A stretch of 63,966 nt of DNA, the filler included, from Sluysia triapertura (lineage: Eukaryota): assembly GCA_046118255.1 (NCBI GenBank). It is 5 parts of 5 records of this genome, joined end to end, with 100 filler letters (N's around TTAATTAATTAA, not from the genome) between each part and the next. Parts side by side here need not be neighbours in the genome. Positions count along the whole stretch, not along the records: positions 41,382 to 52,992 come from JBJNIA010182823.1; positions 53,093 to 63,966 come from JBJNIA010192251.1; 3 more parts are not named here. One strand, 5' to 3'. Both the position numbers and the translations under genes were made by a program. Positions 43,952-56,632 of this stretch are shown here, piece by piece. Below the pieces are notes generated by a model, which saw only the letters and a program-made list of their open reading frames with translations, did no database searches and had not been told where the DNA came from. Positions within the stretch are counted from its first letter, which is position 1. Each line of letters opens with the position of its first letter.

Positions 43952-44410
43952 CAGTGGTGGCCATATTATTAGACTAAAGACCATTTTTTTAATAAAATCA
44001 ACATTTTTCAAGGATACTATAAAACTATTAATCAAAAATGTATAAAAACATTGATACAAAATTGTAAAATATTGGAAAATAACTACTTTCTCCAAAAAAA
44101 TTCTAGTGAAAGTAAAATAATAGATAAAATTACTGAGATTCAAAAGATACAGAAATTTTATTCATGTATAATTATAACACAATTTATTACAAATCAAATA
44201 TGTATTTTGTTTTCTCTCCTTTTTATCCAATAATTTCCTGATCCTTAAAGCCATGCCATGGATGAACTTGGGTCACAAGTCTTTGATCTCGTCATTGTAA
44301 TGCCAATACTTTATCAGGGTTTCAATCAGTTCCGTCCTGGTGGATGGTTTACATGAATCTCCCACGGATTCATGTCTGGAGAGTTTCCATGCCAGGCTAG
44401 CAAATATTAA
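43952..44410 (-). mobile_element. Tc1 element 3' end: transposase C-terminus plus terminal repeat
   Basis: WHGNSPDMNP, KPSTRTELIETLIKYW, GMALRIRKLL..KTKY; TA-CAGTGGTGGCCA terminus at 43950-43963. Confidence 0.8.
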
Positions 44411-47400
44411 GAAAAGCAAAGTAAATCATATTTTTCCTGTTTTAGTCTAATAATTTAGTTTAATAAAGATAAGATAGATCCACAATCAATTTTACATCAC
44501 TGCATTTGAATAATAGCTTCTAAAATAAAAGATGAGTTATTGGTTTTAAATGATCCTTATATATTTAGTTTTTTCATAAATGATATAATAGATGGAATGA
44601 CCTTTGTCAACACCCATTACTACNNNNNNNNNNNNNNNNNNNNNNNNNNNNNNNNNNNNNNNNNNNNNNNNNNNNNNNNNNNNNNNNNNNNNNNNNNNNN
44701 NNNNNNNNNNNNNNNNNNNNNNNNNNNNNNNNNNNNNNNNNNNNNNNNNNNNNNNNNNNNNNNNNNNNNNNNNNNNNNNNNNNNNNNNNNNNNNNNNNNN
44801 TCGAATGGATTACTGATGTAAATAAATTAGTTTTACATTTACAAAATACTGATATGTAAAATTCTTTCGATCATTCAATGCATTATTATAGTTTGTTTTA
44901 ACAATATACTGATGCTAATTTAAATGTTAAATGAAATGATTAAAGATAAATTATTGGATACTTCAAATTATGATAAGAGCCATTCAAAACATTTCAAGAT
45001 ATAATTGGTAAATTTAAAAATTAAATTAAATTATTAAGAATGAATTTTTGATACCAAAAACACTTATTAGATATATTAAGAATGAAGAAAATGAGTTTAA
45101 ACAATGTTATTTCCCTTTCCCACGCTACTTACTTCTGTGTTCTTGAAACTATGTTTATTTAAACAAGATTATCAATATAAAGAAAAGGTTATTTTAAACA
45201 ATATATAAACAATATTGAGATTTATTCATTAATTAATAATAATTATTATTTTTATTATTAGATCAATTAAACGAAATATAAATTAATATATTTATTTAAC
45301 TTTTCAAATTTTCTTTACAAATGCAAGTCCAATAATTATTGTTCCACATTTTGAACCATTTCCTTGGAAAATTTCCAGGGTATAAAATTATTGAATTAAT
45401 TTTATTGCAAAATTTATCTATTTATTAATTAAAGTAAAACAATTAAAATATTAAAATTTATATTCATAGAATAAATATTTATTGACATATTTTAATATTT
45501 TTCATATTTTAATTCTTAATGCAATAAAATTGAAGTAACAATTTATGAAGTTTACTTATTTTACAAATATAGCACATCATACAGTGTAAATTTATTATTT
45601 GGAGCGACAAAATTACTAATGCTACCCTTAATCCACTAATTTATTTAATTCTTTATAGAAGGGTTTATTCACAGAGAAAATAAATGACATTTTATTTAAA
45701 AATATAATGGAATAAAATAAATCTGTGGAAGCCTCCTTAATGATCATCATCCACTATTCCTCTGAATTTAATTTAATTTAAATGAGGGCTTTCCAATTTT
45801 TTGAAATTAATTTTATTTTAATGTACTATTTACTATTTTAAGTAAATAAAAAATAAATTTTTAAATAACGTATTAAATTAATTAACAATCACATATCATT
45901 AGTGTTTTAAATGAATCCAAAATAATATCTACTGTTCAAAGTAAATCTTCTTAAAAAATCGGATTAAAAATAATCTAAATTAAATTAAATCAATAAAGAT
46001 AGCCAAAGAAAAATGAAACTACTTTTAATATTATTATTGAACCATTTGAAACTGATATTTTTTAAATTCAAAATCAATTTAATGAATCTTTTTCAACAAA
46101 ACTCTTTAAGTGTGTATTCTCAGAAAAGATAATTTTATTTATTTGGTTAGTTATTGTCCTAATTTAATGTATAAAACTATTAAAAAGTTGATCTCGAAAA
46201 GTCATTTGATATTCAATTAATAAATAACAAATTTTTGTTCAATAAAATTAGGGGAATATTACATTATGACCAATAATTTTTTGAATTCTATTTTATGATA
46301 ATTTTTCTATGATGAAGTCCTCCTTCGATTAATTTTTTTATATAATTCAATTCGTATTATTAATATTTATACAATACACATATTATAATTATTATTTCTT
46401 CTATATGTTAACTTTCCTAAAGTATCGTTTTGATCACAATATAATTTATTATAATATTTTTTGAGCTATTTCTTTGATAATTTTAAAATTTTAATTTAAT
46501 ATTTTTTAATATTTAAATTATTAAATTATAACTTCTATAAAATATACAATTTTTTAAGTAAAACATATTTTACAAACCTTTGTAACAACATAATAATTAA
46601 TGGTTTTATCAAATAATAATTTTCAATAATAATATTAGTTACAAATAAAAATTGAATTATTAAATGGCTTTCCATTGGTTGATTGATTAGTAAACCAATA
46701 AAAACTTAACAAAATAAAATTTGCAAATGTTTATTAAATATTATTAGTAAAATTATTTTTATTATTTGTAATGTTTTCCTCGAAACATTTATCTTAAATT
46801 TGGATATTAAAAAAAACATAATTATTTTCAAATACATTTTACTGACAGAAATGAGTAAACAAAATTCTGATAATTCGAATTAAATGTTTAATACCGGATC
46901 TTCGTCATTGGAACTCGGTGAAGCTGGTGTTCGAATTGATAAATTTACTGTGTCAATGTGTTAGAATATTTTGTTTTTAATTTTTATAATTTAAATTACG
47001 TTTTTTAAATTATATTTTAATGTAAGCTAATTATGTTGTTTAAAAGTACCAAATAAAAAAGAAATTTTTATCATAAGCAATACAGGTTTTATTTTTCTCA
47101 ACGTTTGCCGCTTTATTCTACTTATTTCTGCAAAAGAAGTGGTATACTTCAGTATTTTTGTAATAATATGTTTCAGATAGTCAACAATGTGTAGTTTTCT
47201 TTACTGGATCTGATTTCTTTGATATTTCGAACAAGAACTGACAAATGTTGCGATCTATATACTTGTTTGAGTAGTCATTTGCAAGATTTTATCTTTGAGT
47301 AACTAATCTTGACGATGAAAAACAAATTATTTGAATATTACCACTGTTTTTATTGAATTTAATTATTATAACCAATTATAAATTTACAAATTTTTAAATT

Positions 47401-48479
47401 ATTTTTTAAAAATGATATTGTTCTTCAAGTAATTATATTATTATATTATATTTATCAATGTCTTTAGGAAAAGTAATATTTTTGCTAATATAGCTGATTA
47501 TTTTCTGTACAATAAAATTGTTAAATAAAAAGTTAGATAAAATGAAAAGTTCAATTTAATAATAAATCCCCTGATATAATGTTTTATTTATTAGGTTTAG
47601 TAACATATTTTATGTATTCATCAATTTATAGTACTATTATTTCTAATATACTAAATTTATGGAGTTAGTATAACTATTTTTGATTTTAATAAGAATAAAT
47701 AACCAATTAACTGATTTGCTACTGTGTCACCAAATAACAGTTAATTTAACAGCAAGACAAATTCAGGTGTTGAATTAAACTTATTTTTGTCACTATTATA
47801 TCACTTAGCAATTTTAGAAGAAATTTTTTGGGTTATTGATTTATTAATATTTATTGTATCTGCTCATGAATGGAACTTATGATATTTGCACGGGCTTTAT
47901 TTAATATAATCAAAGTCAATTTTAATGGTCACTTAATCTGACAATCGACTATATTTATATAATTTATACAATGTATAATTTTATTTATTTCATGCCCTTG
48001 ATGGTTCCTAGGTTCTATGCTTATCGCAGTTTATATAATCCAATGTATATCAAATCCTATAGCTGTGACGTTTATACTATTTAAGATTTGTATGACCGTA
48101 CGAAGAGATCTCTATCTTCGAATAATACCAAATTAATTGTGTAATCTTGTTGTTATTAAAGATAACATAAAACCACCAATATGACTATGATTACATTTTC
48201 AGAATAATAGACAATTGTTTTCACATCATTTATATATTGTCACAAACCTTAAGCTCCTGTAAGAGTTATAGTATTAGCAAACATATATAATATACATTTT
48301 TACTAATGTTGAAATCTTAAACGACAATAAAAAATAAGATAAAAATCAGAATAAGATAAATATCATTATAAAATTCGTCATCAACACCACCACCATCATC
48401 ATTATCATTATCAATGTTAAGAAAGTAGCGTCATATGCTACATTTTGATTCTTCTCCATCATTGTTTGAGACTACAATT

Positions 48480-50400
48480 TTGCTTGATTTGATCTGCAGA
48501 ATAAATTGTACCATTTCATAGTTAGTTTCTTTCATAGTGACTCATTTGGACTTATTTTATTGAGTAGTACTAGATAATAAAGAATAGTATTAGAGCCTCA
48601 AAAATATCTATTCAATATTTTTTAAAACCTAGCTATTTATATCTTGAAATTTAGTACTATACATTGGATGATTTGTATCATGATTTGACATATCCAATAA
48701 TTTCATTTAATAAAGTATCTAAATTAAGATTAGTGCATTTTAAAGAGAAAGCATCAGTATAACCCGTCATAATGTCAATCTCACAATTAAATTGATGATA
48801 ATAATTTTCTAATTCTTCATATTGTAATTTGGTCTATATAACTATTTCTCTTCCTAGTAAAGCTATTATTAAAGTATCAGCAACTTTAATTGAATTTTAA
48901 AACTGACTTTACATAATTAAGTTGTTAGCGGTGTGATAAAATCTTACATTAGTATATTGTTTTAAATTATCTACAGTTTCATCGTAAGGAAAATTGATTT
49001 TAAAGTTTTAAATGATTTTGAATTATAATCAATATATTTTTTAAAAATACAAGTTTAATTAAATTTAACTGTTCTATGAATTTTACAAACCGTTGTTCCT
49101 AATTTCATGTGCATTTGTAAGATACGCCAATAATAATAGTGCATTATGAGTTAATATCAATGTTTTAACTCTAGAATTTTGTGAACTTTTATAATCAAGA
49201 GCAAAAGGTAAGTCATCTAACTCATCGTATACATGAATTGGAATAATCAAGTTAGCCTATTTCACTATTTGCAGTATCTGTATTTGGTAAATTTAAAATT
49301 TATTTATTTAATTTGTTTACATCATAAATCTATTCGAAGTCATTATTTATGTACAATAAACTAGTTTTATTATCAGCTCGTGCACCTCGTACATCATTTT
49401 CAAAAAACTAAACATATCATAATAAGTTCAAACCATTAATTCATCATCTTCCTTTGATTTAAGTGCCAAAGTCGAACTTAAACCGGGTAATGACAAAAAG
49501 TTGACTAGATTTAAATAATCTTCATTTATTGCTGTTTTCCTAAATTCTTCAAAAATATCAATCAATAAATGTGTCTAATTTTAAGTAGACCATCATGCAA
49601 TCAACTAAATTATCACATTTTAAATGCATTGTTATAATGGTCAACATTTTGGTGGCATTTATTTAAAATTCTTCAGTATAGAGAGTGAATTATCGAAAAA
49701 TGCCTTTTGATTTTACTAACTATTTAGATATCGTGCTAGATATATTTTCTAAATTATCAAAACTTATCACTAAAATGGTCATGATCTGTAACAAGTTTAT
49801 CTGCTGGTTTTCATACATGTAACAAGATTTTGCATTATAAACTGGAGTTGTTATCTGCATAACTATAATGTCCGTTTTTGGGCTTATTAATAGTAAACCT
49901 ACATCTAATGGTTCATGTCTTTGTTGACATTTTTAGTTTGATAGTAATACAGATTCAAAATCTTTGAAAATAACAAATGTGATAAGTAAATTCACATTTG
50001 TTATAAATTGGTGTAGTATATATAATATATATCTCTTTCAAGATTTTTACTCATAACTTAGTATACTTATTAAATGAGATCTTTCCTAAATCCTCTTAAC
50101 CACGACCTTGATTGCTACTAATGGAACGTATAAATTACTAATTGTTTCACTATTGAACTTATTTATATATAATATATGAGTAAATGGATTTTTAAAATAT
50201 CGTCATTATCACGGATATCATATTCATCATTATCATTATTTAGTCGTTAAAATTTAGATATATTAAATATAGTCATGGAGAATTCATCCATAAAATCTAC
50301 AAAATCATATTTCAAAATTGATAATATAAAAAATATAAATTATCATTATTCTGAACATTAATAACATTATGAGCATATATAATTTTGATTCTGAAAATGC
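48480..50400 (-). pseudogene. Heavily decayed protein-primed family B DNA polymerase of Polinton/Maverick (adintovirus-like) type
   Basis: Minus-strand fragments in canonical order: VINVQNNDNLYFLY (~50325-50366), FVIFKDFESVLL (Exo I, ~49942-49977), LVTDHDH, KSKGIF, VYLKLD..LIDIFEEFRKTA, FLSLPGLS, DELDDLPFA, ILQMHMKLG..CKIHRTVKF..IFKKYIDYN, LLDMSNHDTNHPMYS; many stops, frameshifts and deletions. Confidence 0.85.
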
Positions 50401-51245
50401 GACGTTCTCTTAAATATGATTTATTCTTAAAAATTTTGTCTGAAATTTTGTTATAATAAAATACAACCCAATAACTACGTAACTCTGTGCTTGCTTGTAT
50501 TTTTAATTTACTGAATCTATTATGAAATTAAAAAATCATTATTATGCATCATAGCTGGTTCACTTACTTACCATTCTTTAATTTCATCGTCCTTAATGAA
50601 CTTAAACTAAGCTCCTCTCATAATATTTCCTGATTGATTTTTAATTTCTCTTAAATATCATTTCGTTAATATAATATATATTTTTATGACTGATATTTTT
50701 GTGATTATTATTTAAATCACTTTCTAAATTTAGGTTTTTTGATTCTCCTCTTTCATAGCATTCAACTTATATTCAATTCATCATATTTTGTCATTCTAAG
50801 TACAAAAAATTAAACATTCCGTAATTAAAAATTAATTAAAATTTGACTTTGTTCAATATTAAGGCCTTCTTTGCATGAACTCGATCAAAACATACCTTTC
50901 ATCGAAAGGTCTTTTAAAACAAAAACACACAATTTCAAGTTTGACAGAGTAATCCGCATTTAAAAGTTAATTAAGTTAATTAAGATTTTAATTAATTAAT
51001 CTATTTTTAGGCTTAATTTTATTGTATGATAAAGGTTTTATTAGGTTCTAAGATAATTTAGTAATTTATAAGGCATTCAGGAGGCTCCAGATAATTTAAT
51101 CTTCGTCACTTTGATTCCTGTTTCTGCTTCTTTATATTAATTATCGATGTATCAAACTAATCTTTATTATTAGCAACAATCATCTCATTTCTCAAGTATT
51201 TTAAATATTTCAACTACTTTATAAGATTACTCAATTATCCTGAAT

Positions 51246-51352
51246 GTGCAAGTGTTTTATCTAAAAGGCTTAACAAGTTACAAAATAACTGAGGGTCGAT
51301 TCGCCTATTATAAACTGTTTATACCAATTCTGAGTCGTGTTATTAGGATTTA
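51246..51352 (-). promoter_or_regulatory. Third copy of the promoter-like motif, pointing toward the PolB remnant
   Basis: Minus strand AAATCCTAATAACACGACTCAGAATTGGTATAAACAGTTTATAATAGGCGAATCGACCCTCAGTT; TATAAA about 33 nt before the A of TCAGT. Confidence 0.55.
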
Positions 51353-51487
51353 AATTTATCAAAAAACTAAACTAAAATTTAGTGTATTAACACTTGATAA
51401 CTAGTTTTTATTCAGTGATGCTGAGACTTAAGCTTAATAATTCGTAAGAACTTTATATTTAATTATTTGATATTTTAATCAAATGAC

Positions 51488-51604
51488 ACTAACTTTCTTA
51501 AGGTCTAGTTCCATAAAAATTATAAATAACACAAGCCTTCTTAAGGTCTTGTACAAAAATACTTCAAAGATTTTAATTAATTACTGTAGCCTTCTTAAGG
51601 TCCA
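51488..51604 (-). repeat. Array of three bulged-A hairpins
   Basis: Minus strand ACTAG-A-CCTT-AAG-AAAG-TTAGT (51488-51509), ACAAG-A-CCTT-AAG-AAGG-CTTGT (51531-51552), TGG-A-CCTT-AAG-AAGG-CTA (51587-51604). Confidence 0.85.
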
Positions 51605-53111
51605 GATCGAAAACTAATATAATGATTTTAGAAATTACACTAGCCCTAATAAGAAAATTAAACAAATTTTCTGTAAAATAAAGAACATTTTTTAAAATTA
51701 TTATTATTTTAAAATTTAATAAAAATATTTATTTTAAATTTCATTAAAAATATTTAGATTAATTTTGAAATCTATTAAACTTTATTTTTAGGTTAAAATT
51801 AAAAATTTAAAAATATTTAAATTAAAATTCTATTAATTTATCTTATTTCGCTAATATAATAAAAATAATTATTTTATAAAATTACAAAATTTACAAAATA
51901 CAAAAAATACAAAACAAAATTAAGGCTTCAAGTCTACTTAAAGGTCGATAATGTCTTAAGTTATCTAAGGTTAAAATCTACAGAGGCACCTTCATGCTTC
52001 TAAAGATTTTCCAAACCCATATGAAGCTTCCACAAGGTCTCAATATCCTCTATGATCTTTGGAACCCTAGATATTCCACAATTGTCGACATTTTTATAGA
52101 TATTTTTATAATGTTTATAATGTTTTATCTATCATACTTCGTATCAAATTTTCATTCATTTTATAGTTCTGTATATTTCTCACTCATTTCCTAATCCCAA
52201 CGGTCCTATGTTCTTAACCGATTTTAATGCCATATCGTATTAAATGGGTTCTGTATCTTATCTTAGAAATTATATTTCAGAGCAAATTCGTTTTAAATGA
52301 ATCATAAATTTTATATAACTTTATAGAATTAAAACATTTTGTCTATTGATTTATCTATGAATTAATACTACTATAAATAAATTTTCGAAATATTATTTTT
52401 ATACTTTTATTTTAGTTCAACCACGATTTTGAAGTTTTCCCAAAAAATTTAGTATAAAAATAATAATTAAAAACCAAAATAAGTCTCATTCGAGTTAATG
52501 TTAATATTTTAATGTATACCACTTTTGTATGGCTCTATTGTAACTAACAATTAAATAGTTTTATCAGTAATAATAATTATAATAATTTTATTTTAATTTT
52601 TTTATATTGAAACAAAATAAAAGTTGTAATAATTAATAAATAATTAATACTATTAATCATATAGATCATTTTAATAGTTCAATTGATGAAACTATACATA
52701 ATAATAAACAACAATTATTATATTTTACAAATTGAAATATTAAATTTAAAAAAATAACGAATCAATTTACGCTAATTTTCTTCTTTTTGTACATTACATA
52801 ATTAAGAATTTATTTATTGTTTTTTAATGTAGAAATTTATCTAGAGAAAACAACAACAACAATAACAATAACAAAAATAATAATAATAATAATAATAATA
52901 ACAAAAATGTTTTATTATGCTTTTATTTTACGTTATATAATAATTATCTTTCAAAAATAAATTGCCTTCGAGTAACTTATGTAACTAGATATNNNNNNNN
53001 NNNNNNNNNNNNNNNNNNNNNNNNNNNNNNNNNNNNTTAATTAATTAANNNNNNNNNNNNNNNNNNNNNNNNNNNNNNNNNNNNNNNNNNNNAGTACACA
53101 CTATATCATAT

Positions 53112-53148
<37 letters not shown>

Positions 53149-53804
53149 GTTGTTATTATTATTATTAATATTAATATTTTAGAATTCTGATTAATCAGAT
53201 GTTTTCTTTAAAATGTGAAATTGCTCCAATTGTCAAAGTAATAATTGTAAATTGTACTTAGAATCCATCAAATAGGAATGAACTGTATGAAAAAAAGTGT
53301 CGAATAATAATAATTAATTATTACTGGTAAGTCATTCTACGAATATAACTGGATTATGTAACATCTTTAGTGAAAAATTATTTTTTTCTGACGTGAATAA
53401 ATCTCGAATAATTGGAATTTATTTCAATTGAGGCTAACCAAGAAATTTCAGTTTAAAATTTAAATTAAGAAATTAAAATCCAATAAAGCACTTCTTTATC
53501 TTACATCAGAGACTAGTAGACTTATAGATGCAATTGATTTATAAACTGATTGAGATTAAAGAGAATTAAAAGATAATTGTTTGGATAAGAATTGTTAATT
53601 TTATATCAATATAGTTTAGCAAATGTTAAAGAATTAAATGATAGTTGAAAAAGTGTAACGAGTTAAGTAATTTTTAGAGCACAATTTATCAAGCGTGATG
53701 TAAACCGAACTTTTGATTGAAATATTAAAAATTCCACTAAGTTAAAAATCAAAAATTCTGTCCCAGGTAGCACGAGATTTGAAATAAATGATCAAAAATT
53801 ATAT

Positions 53805-53848
<44 letters not shown>

Positions 53849-54918
53849 TAAAATTAATTAATATACAATTATTAAAAAATAGTATTAAAATAATAATAAT
53901 GCAATATTTAGTGTACTTACTCTTTGTTATACTATAAATTGGCCAATAAAAACAGAATAAATTAACTGCAGCAAAGTTATTATAGAATAAGCTATTAGAT
54001 AAAATATAATAGCAGATAAAACTACTCTGTAATGAGAAGCTTTTTCCATGTACTTATAAGTGTATTTTGGATAACATTTATTGAAGTGTGATTATATACA
54101 TCCTTTGTTAAACAACGTCGAACTTTTAAATTACTTGATTATGACATTTTTATAAAATATCGTTGCACGATTTCATTTTGGACTATTGATTGAGCACATA
54201 CAACTTTGTTGATTTTTAAACACATTTGGTTATTGGATACCTGGACATAATTGCATTGAAAATCTTGATTAGCACATAAGGGTAATAATTTTATAATATC
54301 TTAAAATAAATATAAATTTTTTAAAAAGGTTTTGTGTTGTTAAGTCATACTTTTATAATTTTAGTTTTCTATTATTTACAAGCGTATTTTGTTATAAATA
54401 AATTTTAGCGAACTAATAGTTTGTTTAGTGCCTTTGAGACTAAAGAGAAAATATGAATTTAAAAAATTAAAATTTTGTTAACGGACTTAAATTAAGAGAA
54501 ATTTGTCAATGAAATATTTAATTTAAGCTATTAAAAGTGTTTGGGTATGATACTCTTTAATCTAAGGATCTAGGCATAATCCAAGGCTACATTCGCCGCA
54601 CTGAAATTTTGTATCGTTTCTTCTTTTTTCTTTTATATTCGTGTGGCTGCATGCAGTACATTTTCTTCTAGATTAAAGCTCTAACGGAATATGTGGATAT
54701 AAAATGTATTATATTTAGAAATACATGACGAAAATGAAAAACTATTACATTGATAAAATAACTCATTTTAAATATAATTGCTAAGATGTACATATGTCGT
54801 CAGTCCCGAAAGATATAAGAACGACGTAGTAGAAAAAACGAAATAAAAATTCACTTTTTAATTTCAAGATCACTAAAAATTAAAGTCAATACATTATAAA
54901 TAAAATTAAACAACCAAC

Positions 54919-55093
54919 TTGGTCAAATTATTCAAAATAATGTTAACATTGGAATGACAAGCCACTAATTTAATGGCAATTCTATCAATCATGTTTGGAT
55001 AAAGAATCCGAATAATGTGTTCAAATGTTTGTCTAAATGTACTAATATCGGAGTTCTTGTTATGATATTCGTGACTAGTATCAAGAACACTTC
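54919..55093 (-). CDS. rdgB: Single internal exon of a membrane-associated phosphatidylinositol transfer protein (rdgB/PITPNM/Nir)
   Basis: GSVLDTSHEYHNKNSDISTFRQTFEHIIRILYPNMIDRIAIKLVACHS matches the rdgB segment GSVLD..KKSDVTTFRGSFEAVMRQHYP..VTIKMVPCPS; TGTAG acceptor and GTTGGT donor; below ORF-track size. Confidence 0.75.
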
Positions 55094-56045
55094 CTACAAT
55101 TAAAACAAAAATAAAGCTTTAAAATTAATAAATCTCATTTAAATCTCAAAAATAAATCTCATTTACTCTAATTTACTTTAAAATTCCCTTTTCAAAGAAA
55201 AAAAGTGTTTCCTGTAATCTTAACAAAAGCATTATTATGTTAGAAATGAATAGACAAATTAATTCAAAAATTAAAAAGATGATGTTCGATGAAGTTATAT
55301 CTAGAAAAACAATTACTGTAATAAACTAATATAAATATTGGAATAAATTATTATTGTAATTCATTACATATCTTCTATTTAAGGACCACTAATGCTAATA
55401 AGACAATTCTCATTTGATGCAGGTCATTTTATATAGTAACAAGACGATTAATTGTTTGCAGATACAGAACAGAACAATATTAAAACATTGAAAAAAAGTT
55501 TATTGACGATCAAAAAAAATTATTATCTCAACTCTTATGAAAAATGATGTTAAACGAAAATTAAAATTGTTAAAATAATTGTAAAATGATATTTTATTCT
55601 ATTATCTGTAGCATTTTAACAAATAAGCTTTTGTTTTATTTAATTTCTTTTTATTGAATTTGATTTTTAAATTCATAAAATATTTTGCACCTCCACTTCT
55701 TACAGCAGAGACGAATAAAAAAATTGACCTTCAGAATGAATTTAAACACAAATAGAATTAATTTAAGAAAAGAACAAAAAGTAACTCACCAATCGTAAAT
55801 AAAAATGCTTATTCAAATTTGGTAAATTCTGCATATCTCAAATTGTGATTAACTCTTGAATGTCTTTAAGATACAACAATTTACAAAAATCTGCTGGAGA
55901 ATGTATCAAATCACATTCTTAAAAGGCAAATTTACTTATATTATTCCGAATAATGTGCATTGAGTATTTATTTGTCTCAAAAATAAATACAAAATTTAAT
56001 TGCATTTAAATATATTTCAATATAAATTGTATTTCTATAATTTAG

Positions 56046-56632
56046 AATCATTCAATGATACGTCAGGATTTCTACGGCAGAATTAAGACGATGCACAATT
56101 ATTCAGCTGCAGATATTCAGATAATGTTTTGTTCTACAATACATATTGACAAGTAAATAAGAATCTATACATACATTAAAATGAATGTGCGTCTCTCTGT
56201 CTGTCTGTACTCGATAGATTCAAAAACCATACATGCAATGCCGTGAAAATTTTGAAATTATTAGGTATATCCCCGGGAAGGTTTTTGAAAATTTTTTTAA
56301 TCACAATTGGGCTTCTAGGTGCAGCCATGGTAACCACAAATATCTATGTTTTGTACATATGTTATATTCAGATGACAGATATGTAGGGATAATTTTATTA
56401 TTAAATTTCATTTTGATGTATTGTATACATTTGGTCATTAATAAATTATGTTTGATGTATCAAAACTGCCTTTTTTAACAGAGCAACGCGTGAATGAATA
56501 CAGCTGGTATCAAATAAAAATAAAATATTAAATCAAGATAAGAGAGGATCCTGAAACATTACGATGTGATGAACCTGTTGAAATAATTCGACAATTCAGG
56601 AAGATGATAGAAAGCATACACACCGATGAAAG
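56046..56632 (+). CDS. Two putative exons (56046-56152 and 56543-~56632) of an unidentified protein
   Basis: NHSMIRQDFYGRIKTMHNYSAADIQIMFCSTIHIDK joins in frame to EDPETLRCDEPVEIIRQFRKMIESIHTDER via GT..AG; neighbouring exon-like blocks contain stops. Confidence 0.35.
56164..56507 (+). mobile_element. Non-autonomous Helitron
   Basis: 5' TCTATACATACATTAAAATGAATGTG..(CTGT)n; 3' GCAACGCGTG..ACAGCTGG; inserted between A and T with no target duplication. Confidence 0.8.

Noticed and set aside
49358-49395. CTAG plus GC-rich word resembling a Helitron 3' end
   Set aside because: Better explained as PolB coding sequence (DVRGARADNKTS)
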